A stretch of DNA of 64,000 bases from Tubulanus polymorphus (GCF_964204645.1 NC_134026.1:23594150-23658149); one strand, 5' to 3'. Numbered from the stretch's first letter, positions 38,011 to 53,553 are shown. Notes: generated from the letters alone by a model not told the origin. Program-made: numbers and translations.

Positions 38011-39560
38011 ATGGCTTCTATTATTCAGAACATTTGTCGTTTTGGGGTGAGTTAGAACTTTAAATCGTTAAGACAAACAATAAATACATTTCGCAGTTGT
38101 ACTATTTCATGACCGAAAACGTCAAAATTCGGGAAAATTTATAGTTATTGATGATATTTTTTTCTAGGTTTTATCGGCGGGTCACCGTCTTCAACCACTC
38201 GCCCTGAATAATGCAAAACGTTTGTTGAGTCTATGTAAGTTCAACTTCGGAAATTAAAATTTCTATAAGTAAATTAAGATTTCTGATAGGCCTATGACGT
38301 TAATCCCTATTAATGCCAAAAAAATTTATTATCACCATCGGGGGTTATTCATTATTGCCTCGACTTTTGAAATGAAAGTAACTTGCCTTTATTCATTTTC
38401 AGCTGCAGTACATAAATCCCATTTGATAAGCAAGAAAGCGCCAGCATTTGAGACCAATTGTCTGATTGGGGATAAATTTAAGACCGTCAACCAGAGCATG
38501 TTTGATAATAAATATAATGTACTGTTTTTCTACCCATTAGATTTGTAAGTATTATGTTAGTTTGCAATTAACAAAGATATTATAAGACCTGGCCTTACTG
38601 GTTGACTTTCTAATTTTAGCACTTTCGTCTGTCCTACTGAATTGGTTGCCTTTGAAGATCACCTTTCTGAATTCAAGGCTATTAATTGTAATGTAGTAGC
38701 CTGTTCCGTTGATTCGCACTTCTCTCATTTAAACTGGAATAAAATGCCACGAAAGGTAACAAGAGCCTGTTCACCAGTTGACAACTTCCCCAGCAAATTG
38801 TTATCCGATTGGAAATTAAATATAGTGACTTTTTTTGCTAATGGATATTTCTTGCATAAAGTGGATTATGAAATGGATCTCAAGATTTTATTTAAAGTTG
38901 ATTATTTTTTACCATTAATAGGAGGGTGGTCTTGGCGGAGTGAGCTATCCCATTTTGTCTGACTTGACCAGACAAATTGCAACTGACTATGGTGTCCTCA
39001 GTGACAAGGGAGATATTGCTCTTAGGTAAGTACTTATTATTATGTTTAAATGCAAAGTAGAGTAAACCCTGCTTTACTCTGACAAAGTGAGACGGGGATG
39101 CATAGTCCAAGTTAAGAATAGGAAAAAAATGTTAGGAAAATGATTTTATTTCTGTCAGAGTTGACCGTGTCTGAGTAAGGTGAGGTTTACTCTACATGTC
39201 AAATTACTATCTTCATCAGTAAAAATTAAAATCTGCTTATTTTCATTTTCAGAGGATTATTTATCATTGACTCCAAAGGTATTGTGCGGCATTCATCTAT
39301 TAATGATACTGGCGTTGGTCGAAATGTACAAGAAGTTCTGCGTCTTGTAAAAGCTTTCCAGTTCCACGATGAACATGGAGAAGGTACAAAAATGCCTTTA
39401 TGTTACTGGTTTTCAGTGCAAGTACAATGCTTTACTCATTGCATCCCGATTTATTATGGCGTTTTCATTTTTTTCAGTTTGTCCAGCAAATTGGCAGCCA
39501 GGCAGTCAGACAATTAAACCAGACACATCAAGGGCAAAAGAATTTTTTGAGAAACAATAA
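38011..39560 (+). CDS. PRDX3: Typical 2-Cys peroxiredoxin with N-terminal mitochondrial-transit-like extension (PRDX3-like)
   Basis: Seven exons. Motifs [55 protein letters not shown]. Basic/hydroxylated N-terminal leader [12 protein letters not shown]... Confidence 0.88.
39057..39194. mobile_element. Small MITE in a peroxiredoxin intron
   Basis: TIR GTAGAGTAAACC / GGTTTACTCTAC, with further imperfect pairing inside. Confidence 0.55.
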
Positions 39561-40141
39561 CTTCCCTATTGCAGACTCCCAGTGCTTAGAAAATACTTTT
39601 AACAGTATATTTGTGATTTTCCTATTATGTGCTGTCGTTCTAGTCTAAATGCGGCTCAACGAAATGTGGACTTTTATTGAGATCAAAATCCAAATGAACT
39701 TTAAAGGTCCTTCAATCAATGTGTTTAAAGTGTAGATTGAATGCCAGTATGCTGCGCTTATGGACAATGTTAATAAATAGATTATTCATGAAATCATGAT
39801 TCTTTTCTTTTCATTGTTTCTATTTTCCACTCTATATAAAACTATGTTTTGAGGTTCAACAAGATATAATTTGTGTCCAGACTCTAATATCTATGGAACA
39901 CAGGTTATGGTAGTTGAAGATATTTGCAGTTATCAATCCATAATCAGGAACCACTTTTACATGAAGTTTGTTTTCAATCAAAAATGTCTGGAGCTAGGTC
40001 CTCCATCAAAATAGGAAAAGGCATGGGTGCAACCAGGCAGCTGAAACTGCAAGACGAAAAAGGGCTCTTGCAGTCCCGGCCTTACTAGCACATGGTCGGA
40101 TCTAAACATGTCCAATTGCCTGGGACGAGGATATTCTTATT

Positions 40142-40309
40142 AGGGGTCATTCATTTATTACGTACGCATTAGGGGAGGGGGGAGGGGTCAGTGCAATTGC
40201 GTACTGTAATGCTCAATGTCAATGAAAAAATGGCAAATTTTGCGTACAGAGGGGGGAGGGGGGTTGAAAAATTCAAATTTTATACGTACGTAATAAATGA
40301 ATGATCCCT
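40142..40309. mobile_element. PIF/Harbinger-like MITE, apparently nested in a decayed hAT-like MITE (~40091-40511)
   Basis: 25-bp TIR AGGGGTCATTCATTTATTACGTACG / CGTACGTAATAAATGAATGATCCCT; TTA on the left and TTG on the right. Outer ends CATGGTCGGATCTAAA / TTTAGATCGGGCCCTG. Confidence 0.7.
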
Positions 40310-43300
40310 TGGGGCAAGTAGCTTATCACTTATCCACCGGGCTAGTGCATTTTTATGTCTCGAAGCTATTTTCCCAATCAAAACAATGGATATGATTGTG
40401 CCCCCAGTCAGACTGCCTATGTAGGGCAAGTAGATTTTTGAGGGGGCAAGTGAAGTTTCGGGTATGCTTGCCCCGCAGGCAAATGACTTATATACTTTAG
40501 ATCGGGCCCTGCTACCAGGTATACTTTGTGACTTCTTCCACATCTGAAGTTAATGAACAGTATGGAACTCCTGTGAATAAGAAGAAAAACTTCTTAAGTA
40601 GCAGTGCATTTTCATATCCCGTACATTTTATTGTCTTGAAAACATTTCAAAAATCATGAACATAATTCGTAAAGTTTTGTGAAAACAATCTTCATAAATA
40701 GAACAATATATACATTTACATATGTATTAATAACATGCAGAAGATACAAATTAAATGGACGGCAAGATGACATCAAGATTAAAACACTACAGGTAATATA
40801 TGAAATGTGTGATTGATTGCAATGATATTATGCGCAAATTGTTATTGATATCATGGGGGTGACTAATACTAAAATCTATGGACGGATGAATTTCATCAAT
40901 AGGTTATACTAAAAAAAGCTTGAAAATATCACTTAATTCTCATTTACATATGAGAGTTAATCTATGGATCATGTCTCAACATTATGGAATTAAAACGAAC
41001 AGAGTAAACTGAAAGACAAAAAAATTTGCTTCAATTCCACAAATTTCACCTCAGAATATATTGTCCTAAAGAAATATATGTTCCAAATAGTTATAGAGCT
41101 CTTTTTGATGACAAACTAAAGCTTTCATGAAAAAATCTTTGCCACACTTTTCAAGTTATTCAAGTCAGCAGGTTAAACGAGTACATATTATACAACTTCT
41201 TGAATTAGATTCAAATAGCTGATAAACTATTAAACCATATTCAGTAAGTTTTAGTCAATGAGTTTTCAAAATTGGCAAAGAATCTAACCCTTAGACACAA
41301 CGGGCTCATACAAGCAATATTAACTATCTATTTCCATTCTAATTGAATAGTAAAATCTATGAGTTCACTGGCCTTACTCCACTGTATTGCATGCAAACAA
41401 AAGGCCATGACTAAGGCCATAGATACCGGTATATAACACGAGTATGGATATTAACAGAACATGAAATGCCTTGCTTTTTATCAACAAAGCAAAGCGTTAT
41501 AAAATATGCTTGTATGCATTTTATTATATACATATCTACATGTTAGAACAACACCCACTGTGCACAGAAATTTGGTTAACCGGTTTACTATTCATACCCT
41601 CAAAATTCAGAATAAAAGCAATAAAAGCATGTTTGGTGAACTAATGCATCATTCTTCGATCTGGATGACAGAAAGAAAAACATTTTGTGCATCGTTGACA
41701 AAATGCCAGAATGAATACACCATGAAAATAATCGATAAAAATATGGAATAATTGCATTAATAATGAATCGTGCTAATTTTCCCAGGGTTCAACATGGAAC
41801 TTTCTAAAGAAAACCTTCAATCAGCTCCAGCATTGAGTTATTGTATGTGGTACACTTGGTTCATATAGAGTAAGTAACCTTGACTGCAGAAAACCAGTTC
41901 TTACAGACGCATATATGAAAAAAAAAAAACAAAATAATTTAACTGTTGCAAAACTGAGACATGGTTTACATTCATAAGACTTATTCTAATGACCAAGTAT
42001 AATGCTTTTTGAACACAGATTATATTTTTTTCTGATTTGAATTCAATGTTAATATTACACCCTGGTTCAACAAATACGACCGAATTTACAACAGGCCTAA
42101 GTCATAATTTGATGGATATTATTCAAGTAACGAAAGAATGCCAGAAACTGATAATATAGCCTATTTCCCAAGAAAATCTTCCATAAAAGAGTTCAAAGAT
42201 ATGTCAAACCAAAAATAGTAATCCCTACATTTCTGTATGCATGACATAGTCAATAGCAAATAAACTGTACAGGTATGAGTTGTCAATTGAAGAATCATGG
42301 ACAAAACAATAACCGGCTATTTCACATTAATAAAACACACTATTCACAGTGCAATTATACCGCAAATCGTGTGCGGAAAATTCATTACCAGTAAATCTAA
42401 GAGTATATACACTGTAAGTGTAACAGGGATTTATAAACGAATCTAACTTCTGTACATTATGTTCTTCTAAAAATTGTCAAGTTCTGATACATTGAGGACA
42501 AATAACCCTGCATGTACTGAACACATTCAAAAGACTCCTAAAAGCTGACCACTTAAAAATGAATTGCTTTAAGTAACCGACGTTGAGAATTATGCTGCAT
42601 TCTTTGGTTGTGAATCCTAGAAAAGAAAGAAAATACAAACTGTAAAATACTAGTTTGACATACTTAAATCCCTTGGGAACATATAAACCTATAGAGGAGT
42701 CAGGATATAGACCCATTAGTTTCTTTTATCATCCACCCATTACTTAGTATAAAAGTTTTTCTTAGAATAATCAGGTTGAACCCTAAAATGAAAAATAAGA
42801 GGAATCTCAACAAGGTGAACGTATCTGGCCAATGAAAGGATCAACCAGTAGAGCTGATTTCACTTTCAAATTCATGATTATGAGGGTCCACAGAGCATCT
42901 AATGAATATTATCTACAAGGTGTAGTTAATCAGATCATGGACTGCATTTCATTAATTGGACCCCTCCCTGATTACACACAAAAACACGCACAGGCACAGC
43001 ACGAAAGCACTACCGGTAATACATTTATTAATACATGTATGTACATTCACATGTCCAGTGGACTCTAGTCGTACACATCAATCAAAGCTGAAATAATGAG
43101 ATCTAATCAATTCCTAAGCAGAAGAAATTTCAATTCTAGAATAAAATTCAAATCGATTTGGCATTTGCAACTAACTGTGGATGGAATATCCCAAAACAAT
43201 TCCAGGATGTTTATGATTTACACTCCATGAAATCAGGAAACAGCAGCGGTAGGGGGTATACTGTTGACATCTATGCAATACCGAGAATTTAGAAACTAGC

Positions 43301-43427
43301 AATGCTAAAAGTAATTTCGAGGAAACTTCATACACATAACTCATTATGGCTGCAGCTATTTGACTCAGTCTATGTATCTGAAATCTGAAAGAATAAGATA
43401 CTTACAATTGAATTGATTTTCAGCAGA

Positions 43428-46157
43428 TCAGTTGTGATTCAAAGCTGCGCTGGCCTTCAGATTTACGCCATTCATATGTTTACTCTTCTTCCTTGGTTTA
43501 TTCTGCACTACTTGGTCGAATTCAATATCACCATTCACTTTCTGCGAATAATCACTTTTATGGACTGAATTATAATCAGCAGTATTCACTCTGGACTTAT
43601 TCTCTTTCTCTGATGATGATGAATAGTTTTTGGATGGAAATATATCAGTTTCGAGTTTAATCACAGTTGTAGATTCATTACTAGAGCATAAATGCAGGTC
43701 AACACTGTCCACTTTTCTGTGACGCGATGATTTTCGCGGCTTTTCTTTAACATGGCCATCGTTCGACGATTTAGTTCTATGATGTAAGAGAGATTTTTGC
43801 GATTCGTCACTATTTTTACGCATGTCGCTGTTGAACGATTGATGCGGGTTTGTGGAATTGTCTACAGAGCAAAACATTTCCTTCAATGTAGCGTTTGAAT
43901 GTTCGCTTTTTGAATTCGTTATCACAGATTTGTTATTATGTTCATGGAGATACTCTTCGGAATTGCACGTGGATGTTTTATGTTTTAGAGGCTTTAATCT
44001 AGGCGGTGGTCGCAATACAATACCATCAATATGACTAGAAGGACAAGTACTATTTTCCAATGTTTCGTGACTGAGATTAGGAATTTCGTTTCGTTTACGT
44101 TGATTATCTTTTTTATCTTTACTCGACTTCCTTTTCTTTTTTTTCGCGACAACACTGCTTTCAGGAATTGAAACCTCGACCGAATTTGGAACAGATTTGT
44201 GTACACCACAATTGCTGTTAACATGCTCTTCAACAAAGCCATTTTGGTAAACCCAGCTGTCCTTCTTTTTAGTTTTTCCATCATTTCTATCTGGTTTAAA
44301 CTCTTCAATTTTTGTAACTTCAATATCAGCAGACTTTTTCTTCTTGCGCTTTTTCTTTTTCTCATGCGTATGCGGTACTGAGTCAATACCTGAGTCTCCT
44401 TTTTCCGAGACCCGGAATAACGAATCTTGACCATTGATATCTGTGTCAATTTCATAATTGAGATTGCTTAATCTGGGATTAGAGTCATTCTCAGGCAAAG
44501 TTTTGGAGGATTTCTCCAAGTCATTGATGACTTCACTGATGACTTTGTCGCTGAGTTTATTGAGCTGTTTCACGGATACAGGCATTGAAGTTTGTAACAC
44601 AAATTCCGGTTCAGAATCGTAATCGCTTGTATCATCATTTAAATTATCCTGCGACGCATTCACATCACATTTTCGAGATCGAAAGTTTCTCGTATCGTTT
44701 AAAATCTCAGGACTGTTTAGGTCTACATTGTGAGATGACTCTGAATCAGAATCCGTGATCTCATCTTCGGTGTAAGTTTGTAGGTGTAATCCATCAGCAG
44801 TAGCAAACAGTACTGGAACCTTAAAACTAGTAGATTGCGAAACATTCAAGCTGCCACCATCCGAAGACTTTTCAAAAGTCTTTTGCGTACACATTCTCTG
44901 CGGTGAGGCGTCAATGATGAGGTTACTTTTTCGGCACAAAACGAGATCTTTGATTTTGATTTTCAGTTCTTTTCGAGCGATGAATGCCAAGAAAGGCAAT
45001 ACAACTGAGAAACTGAGTCGCATCCAGGTGAAAGCCAAATCAATCTCACCTCTGTAAGTAAACAGCACATAGCCGGGCATATTAATTTCAGCAGAATTTC
45101 TGTATTGTTCGATATAATTCAAAGTCACGTAAGGTCCTTCGAGTAGAATCCAAAACAAAAATAGAACGCCCACAAATCTAGCTGCGCTGACTTCGTTTTC
45201 CCACATATCCGGGTCATCGCTCCAGTTATTGCTATACGAATGCTGAGCTTGAATATCACCCAAATGCCGTTTTTGTCGCGTTATGTAAATGATTTTTATC
45301 AGTAATCCTATTATGAACAATATCGGTGCCACGACACCCAGGGTCGTATGAGCTATTATGTACACGAGAGAGGCTTTTTCAGCAACCGAACATAAATATC
45401 TATAGTGAAATGCTTTCGATGGAATGGCACCCGCAATGATGGGAATTGAGATAATAAGCGAAATAGCCCACGCAAGAAATATTAGCAGAATAGCACGGCA
45501 TCGTGTCATCCTTTTCTTGTATTTTGACAATTCTTGTACAGCTATAAGACGGTCGAGAGTCAGATTTAAAATGCAAAACAACGTCAGCATATTCATCGTA
45601 TTGATCATGAAAGAATTAAACTGACAGGCGAACGTTCCATATTCCCAATTTTGAGTGATTGTACACCCGAGAACAATCGGCAAGTTAACGACCGTATCAA
45701 CTAGATTCACTATCGCTAAACTAACGATCAGCATATTCAAAATAGACGACTGCAATCGGCGACTGTGCGTAACTGTCGCGACAAGAATAAAGTTACCGGA
45801 GAATCCGAGGAAAATAAATATCACCAAAAACGAAGCTCTCGTCGCTAATAATCCGACGGATGTCTCTTTAAATGGCGACGTTGTGTTATCGTAAATATCG
45901 TTCGGGAAAACTTTATCACCGCCACCAGCATTTATGGAGAAGTTTTTCAACGTGATATTTCCGCTGATGCTAGCATTGTGATGCGTAATTTCGACATTCG
46001 AACTGTTGACATTCGCTGTAGTTCCGACGTTGAAAATGGTTGTCGTAATATCATCAATAGTGAAAGAGGAGGATGTAGTTGGAGACGATGACGATGTGGT
46101 AGTGAACGTGTCAGTCGTAGACAGTGAAGAATGTGTTGAACTGTTGGTATTATCCAT
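43428..46157 (-). CDS. Orphan rhodopsin-class (class A) GPCR, GPR161/GPR101-like, intronless, 909 aa
   Basis: Ser/Thr-rich N-glycosylated N-terminus, seven hydrophobic segments, GN in TM1, WEYG..C in ECL1/TM3, DRL at the DRY position, W in TM4, long hydrophilic C-tail. Confidence 0.88.
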   Translation of the reverse strand: MDNTNSSTHSSLSTTDTFTTTSSSSPTTSSSFTIDDITTTIFNVGTTANVNSSNVEITHHNASISGNITLKNFSINAGGGDKVFPNDIYDNTTSPFKETSVGLLATRASFLVIFIFLGFSGNFILVATVTHSRRLQSSILNMLIVSLAIVNLVDTVVNLPIVLGCTITQNWEYGTFACQFNSFMINTMNMLTLFCILNLTLDRLIAVQELSKYKKRMTRCRAILLIFLAWAISLIISIPIIAGAIPSKAFHYRYLCSVAEKASLVYIIAHTTLGVVAPILFIIGLLIKIIYITRQKRHLGDIQAQHSYSNNWSDDPDMWENEVSAARFVGVLFLFWILLEGPYVTLNYIEQYRNSAEINMPGYVLFTYRGEIDLAFTWMRLSFSVVLPFLAFIARKELKIKIKDLVLCRKSNLIIDASPQRMCTQKTFEKSSDGGSLNVSQSTSFKVPVLFATADGLHLQTYTEDEITDSDSESSHNVDLNSPEILNDTRNFRSRKCDVNASQDNLNDDTSDYDSEPEFVLQTSMPVSVKQLNKLSDKVISEVINDLEKSSKTLPENDSNPRLSNLNYEIDTDINGQDSLFRVSEKGDSGIDSVPHTHEKKKKRKKKKSADIEVTKIEEFKPDRNDGKTKKKDSWVYQNGFVEEHVNSNCGVHKSVPNSVEVSIPESSVVAKKKKRKSSKDKKDNQRKRNEIPNLSHETLENSTCPSSHIDGIVLRPPPRLKPLKHKTSTCNSEEYLHEHNNKSVITNSKSEHSNATLKEMFCSVDNSTNPHQSFNSDMRKNSDESQKSLLHHRTKSSNDGHVKEKPRKSSRHRKVDSVDLHLCSSNESTTVIKLETDIFPSKNYSSSSEKENKSRVNTADYNSVHKSDYSQKVNGDIEFDQVVQNKPRKKSKHMNGVNLKASAALNHN

Positions 46158-47049
46158 CTTGCTGTTATCTATCTAACCAACTAACCGTAGAAGTAGAAGC
46201 AGAGATTGAGAATAATGATATGGTTGACTTCTCGTTTGGATTGATTGATTGAATACTATATACTACGAATTCATCTTGATTGAATTGAATGTCCAATTAA
46301 TCCAGGCTCCCAGATGATCAACGGGTTACCCCTATCATCCGGAAAAACAGATATATACAGACATACTACCCTACTTATCTAACCCATCTTGGTTATATAA
46401 TGGTCAGTCCCCTAATGAGCAACTGTCGTCCATAATCCTGTTAGCAACTTGTTATTCATGTAGTTTCTGAAACCCGGAAGTAATTAGTAGATGATCTCGG
46501 ATATTTCACATAGCTCGGAATCCACTATGATGTCATTCATACGTTAGATAATGAGGTCGAATCCCACAAAATATCAGAAACTGCGCCCTGTCCAGTCAGT
46601 TACCTGTCCGTGGTTTAGTTTCACGATTTGATATATTTACAAATCACGCAATTTCTTCATAATCAAGTTTTTTTCAGCTTTAACTCGATTGGTTGTATTT
46701 TCGAAGGGTAGTCTTGGAGAAGATATACTTACTTTTAGCCTCGTTTAACTTTACGCATTTTTCTTTTAGTTCACTAATCCGGTCAGGTAATCACTTCAAG
46801 AATTAGAAAATAAAATCTTAATTCTGTAGTTTTTTTTCTATCTTGTAAATTCGAACTGAAGCACAGCCGCGAATGAATATTCCGTTCACCATTGAATCCA
46901 AATATTCAATTGAATGCTATCGCAATTCTAACATCTTGGACAGACAGGTTTTAATTGTTTTGCATAAAGTGGAGACATGTCGAATAAACAATACCAGTTC
47001 TTTCCTAACATGTTTGTTGTACGTTTTTTGGGGGGTATATTTCCGTTGA

Positions 47050-47260
47050 CTGGGCGGCATAAATCTCATCGAAGGGAGATATGGACAGAATCCCGTCCCC
47101 CTTCGAAGAAGCGGTTTGAGTCCCCAGGGCGATGACACTTCTGGCTTGATGAAGAACCGATAGTTTATCTCAGCGGCATGCTTACTGTTACTTGACAGCC
47201 TCCCCCATCGCTGAGCCTTTGATGGACACTATCGTCCCGGCCTTTCGTCAGAAATCGCTT
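47050..47260 (+). ncRNA. Candidate structured non-coding RNA (two long hairpins), family not recognised
   Basis: GC-rich island. Stems CTGGG/CCCAG, TCGAAGGG/CCCTTCGA, GCGAT/ATCGC, TTCTGGC/GTCAGAA, CGATAGT/ACTATCG, CTCAGCGG/TCGCTGAG. G-U pairs favour the + strand. Confidence 0.45.
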
Positions 47261-47659
47261 GAATTGTTAGGAACCAACACCTTGGGTCAAAGCAAAAATT
47301 CATATTTACACACGTGTCTACTTCGGTCAAGAATAGTGGTGGGTATATGTTAATTCGTTGATGGCTTGAAACATGTATTGTGATAGTCTTCAAAGGGTTT
47401 TGAAATTATGTAATTTTGATTAGTCCATAGCATATCAATGTATGATAAATACTTTTTACTCACAAACTGTGCACATTCTATTTTCATTATGAGTTTGTAG
47501 TGATCATCGCTATTGGATCTATATCGAAAATGAAGAGACATATGGCCAGTCTAGATGTTTTGAACCAGGGTTATCCACTGGATTGATTTTTGGTGGTCGT
47601 ATCCCAACGACAGAATATGATACTATACGGAGGCCCCGCATCCAGTGGCAAGCTCGTCC

Positions 47660-48038
47660 TCTGAAAGTGGCGCATATTCAGGGCGGATAGGGGGGGGGGT
47701 GGCCCTCGAGGTCCGGACCCCTGCCTTTGAGGTTGCCCTAGTCGTCGATTCAAAGATCGTAGCAAATTTGATGCTCATCCTTTGAAAAATTGCATTATTT
47801 TCGGATTTGTTTCTTAAAAAGTATTTCCACCAAATTGTAGCAAACGACATTGCTCTGAAAGTGGCGCATATTCAGGGCGGATAGGGGGGGGGGGGTGGCC
47901 CTCGAGGTCCGGACCCCTGCATTTGAGGTTGCCCTAGTCGTCGATTCAAAGATCGTAGCAAATTTGATGCTCATCCTTTGAAAAATTGCATTATTTTCGG
48001 ATTTGTTTCTTAAAAAGTATTTCCACCAAATTGTAGCA
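47660..48038. repeat. Near-perfect tandem duplication (~194-bp period) of a hAT-MITE-like fragment
   Basis: CTGAAAGTGGCGCATATTCAGGGCGGATAG(G)nTGGCCCTCGAGG...CCAAATTGTAGCA at ~47660 and ~47854. Confidence 0.85.
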
Positions 48039-48576
48039 GACATTGCTGATTTATCTGAGAAATGCATTTTCTTTTCCTCTGGACCCGGCCTGTTCCGCCC
48101 CTAACATTTGAAGTGACATAAGAGTTCGAATATCATGCTTGCTGTTATTAAGAAGCTAAATCTTGACGCGGAAATTATGCTTCAATTACTTCGGAATTGA
48201 TATTTTGATTAAATCGTCAAAATATGTGCTTCTCAATTCTGAAAAATAAGTCGGTTTATTTTCTGTTGTGTCGACTGTAAATCCAAATTCAGAAATGCTT
48301 AAACATGTACAGTATTTGTCCATATATATCATCAATTACGATAAGATAAAATGAGAATATTGGTAATTTCCGATTTCAAATAGTGTCTGATTAATGGGGG
48401 CGGCGCGTGTTTCCGCAAAAGCTCTCTTATCATAAAAAACTGCAAACAAGTCAATCTTATTCAAACAATATATTATCCAAATCCGGTAGTCATTGATATA
48501 TTTAATATATTTGCATAAATTCAATCATTTGTTAGAAACAATTCCCTGGTACCCGTGGGTCACCAATATTTCCATC

Positions 48577-49787
48577 ATGTACTTGTCCTGCATTGCTTTA
48601 CTGGTTTTGGCCACGGTTGCCTATGGTTATGAGTTCAGTGAAACCGAACGCCAAAAACTGGCAAATGCGCAACCAAATATGTTTAACCGATACGTCAGGA
48701 GTGAAATATCCCGCCAGAGACGTCTTGGAGTGACTTCGTAAGTTAATTTTCATCATTGGACATTCTAATGATAATTCGGTAGGGTTGTACACCGTTCATC
48801 AACTGATTTAAATGAATAGGGCTACATGGATTTAGAATTTAAAATCGATTATTTAGCTGATGGCCCATTTCGACATTTTCAAGCCCGTAGCGTGAGAAAT
48901 ATGTGGGTGGGTTCGTTTTTAATTGGTTTAGAACAGGGGTCATCCCCATAACATTTAAAAAAATCTATGCTCAGATATGGACTCCGAGCGATATCCGTTG
49001 GTATAACCAGGGAAGTGTGGAATCTCATCACACTTCCCTGGTATAACAAATAAAGGTCTGAATAAAAGAACATTTGATATACATGTATTATTTTGTAATA
49101 GTTCCAAGTTTCAGCTTAGTGATTTTCTAAAATAAAATACGAGCAGAACTGTTTGGCGGGAGATTCTTCCGAATCCCCACGCTTCGGGCCTGATTTTTGC
49201 AATTATTGTCATTCTATTAATTTTCGTTGTTTTGGTGTGAAAACATTTCCTTAGTCACTGGTGTTGCAAGAATGGAAAACCGACAAAACTTCTACAAAAA
49301 ACGAGAGTGAAATCAACTCCGGTCACCATCACTGATAAAATCAAAATCGGCTACACCAACTGCAAGGGCTTGGGAATGGGTAGATGTTCACTTTACGATT
49401 TGAGATACAGGTTGATATAATTTTCAAGATACAATATCTAAACGTTTAACGTGTCATGACTTTTTAAACATTCTTCATCTATCTTTTTCGATATATCTTC
49501 CACAGACAAGCTTTAGAATACAGCGTTGAATATTATGATATACCAGATGAGCAATCATGTGATGACAAAGATGTAATCTGTTGCGATGGATACCTAAATA
49601 TTGGTGGAAACTGTATCAGTAAGTATCATTTTTGGCGATGAGATGGGTCATTTAAATTGAGGGTTGTATTTTTGAAGTTTAAGAATTGATTTCTTGAATT
49701 TTTGCAGTTAAAGAATCAGCGGCGGATAAAGAATTTGTTGAGGGCTTGAAAGATCTATTGGGGTCAGGTCTCCTTAACATGCAGTAA
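48577..49787 (+). CDS. Secreted cysteine-rich protein, 169 aa, EMI-domain-like
   Basis: Exons 48577-48737, 49255-49410, 49506-49618, 49708-49787 join in frame (510 nt). Signal peptide MYLSCIALLVLATVAYG, RQRR site, then HWCC...C..C..YDLRYR...C...CCDGY.....C. Confidence 0.8.
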
Positions 49788-50241
49788 GACGTTTGAAATG
49801 CCAAAAGAGAATAAATAATCGTAGTCGAAGTGTTATTTTTTTCATTTTTGCCACCAAATACAAAAAAGTTACTGATTTTCATTTTATGATATGGTATGAC
49901 CTACGAGAATTATGCTCACTCGGTATGACAGAGAATGAGGTTTAATTGCAATTGAATATTTCAATTCTCGTTTTTGATCTTAAGAGCGAGCTGGCGGTCC
50001 TTCTTTGAATCCAAAGTTGCTTCTTGTGAGTCTCTTTATTCAATATGTACAGTTATCTTCGATGAAGAGTTATCTATATCCTCCAACCTCATGACAGCGA
50101 TATGAAAAGGACGTACTGTTGTAATCTTCTTTAAAAAATTTATTCTTACGAAGTACAATATGAATAAACAATGTCACACATATATCACAGAAAACAAAGG
50201 ACGGATTTCGAGTTCCAATGTACATGCCCAATGGTACGAAT

Positions 50242-53198
<2,957 letters not shown>

Positions 53199-53538
53199 TC
53201 ACGAATAAGAAATTTGTGGGCCAAACGTTGTTTATCTGAAACCAGGAAGTGAAATTTGACAGCTACTTTATTTCCGGAAGAAACTAAAACTCGGTTGTGG
53301 ACTTATTATTAGAAATTAAGGTATTTGGTCGTATTTTTGAAGAATTCAACAGAAGAATTAGAATGTTAAAGAAACTCTGGCAGATGACCGGACGGCTTTT
53401 GGGTCGTTGGAAAGTATTTGAAGGCTTTAGGCTACTAACGTTACCGAGTTGGTATGAAACGCCGTACCGTGCTGCCACCAGTTTAGGTAAACAAAAAGAA
53501 ACAATTTCAAGGTTGTTGTTACACTAGTTCATAGCTAA

Positions 53539-53553
53539 TCCACCAGGTGGCCG
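53539..53553 (+). promoter_or_regulatory. CTCF-consensus-like site in the ARMH1/TMEM53 divergent intergenic region
   Basis: TCCACCAGGTGGCCG matches the CCASYAGRKGGC core. Confidence 0.4.

Noticed and set aside
43994-44455. Overlapping 153-aa ORF, plus antisense ORFs over the GPCR and TMEM53
   Set aside because: Shadow frames of real CDSs with no recognisable features
47050-47130. RNase P/MRP RNA (GGGCGG..CTCATC start, GAGTCCCC)
   Set aside because: No complementary 3' P1/P4 strand or CR-V motif found downstream
47240-47255. Hammerhead ribozyme (CTGACGA on the minus strand)
   Set aside because: No stem II followed by GAAA and no cleavage-site geometry
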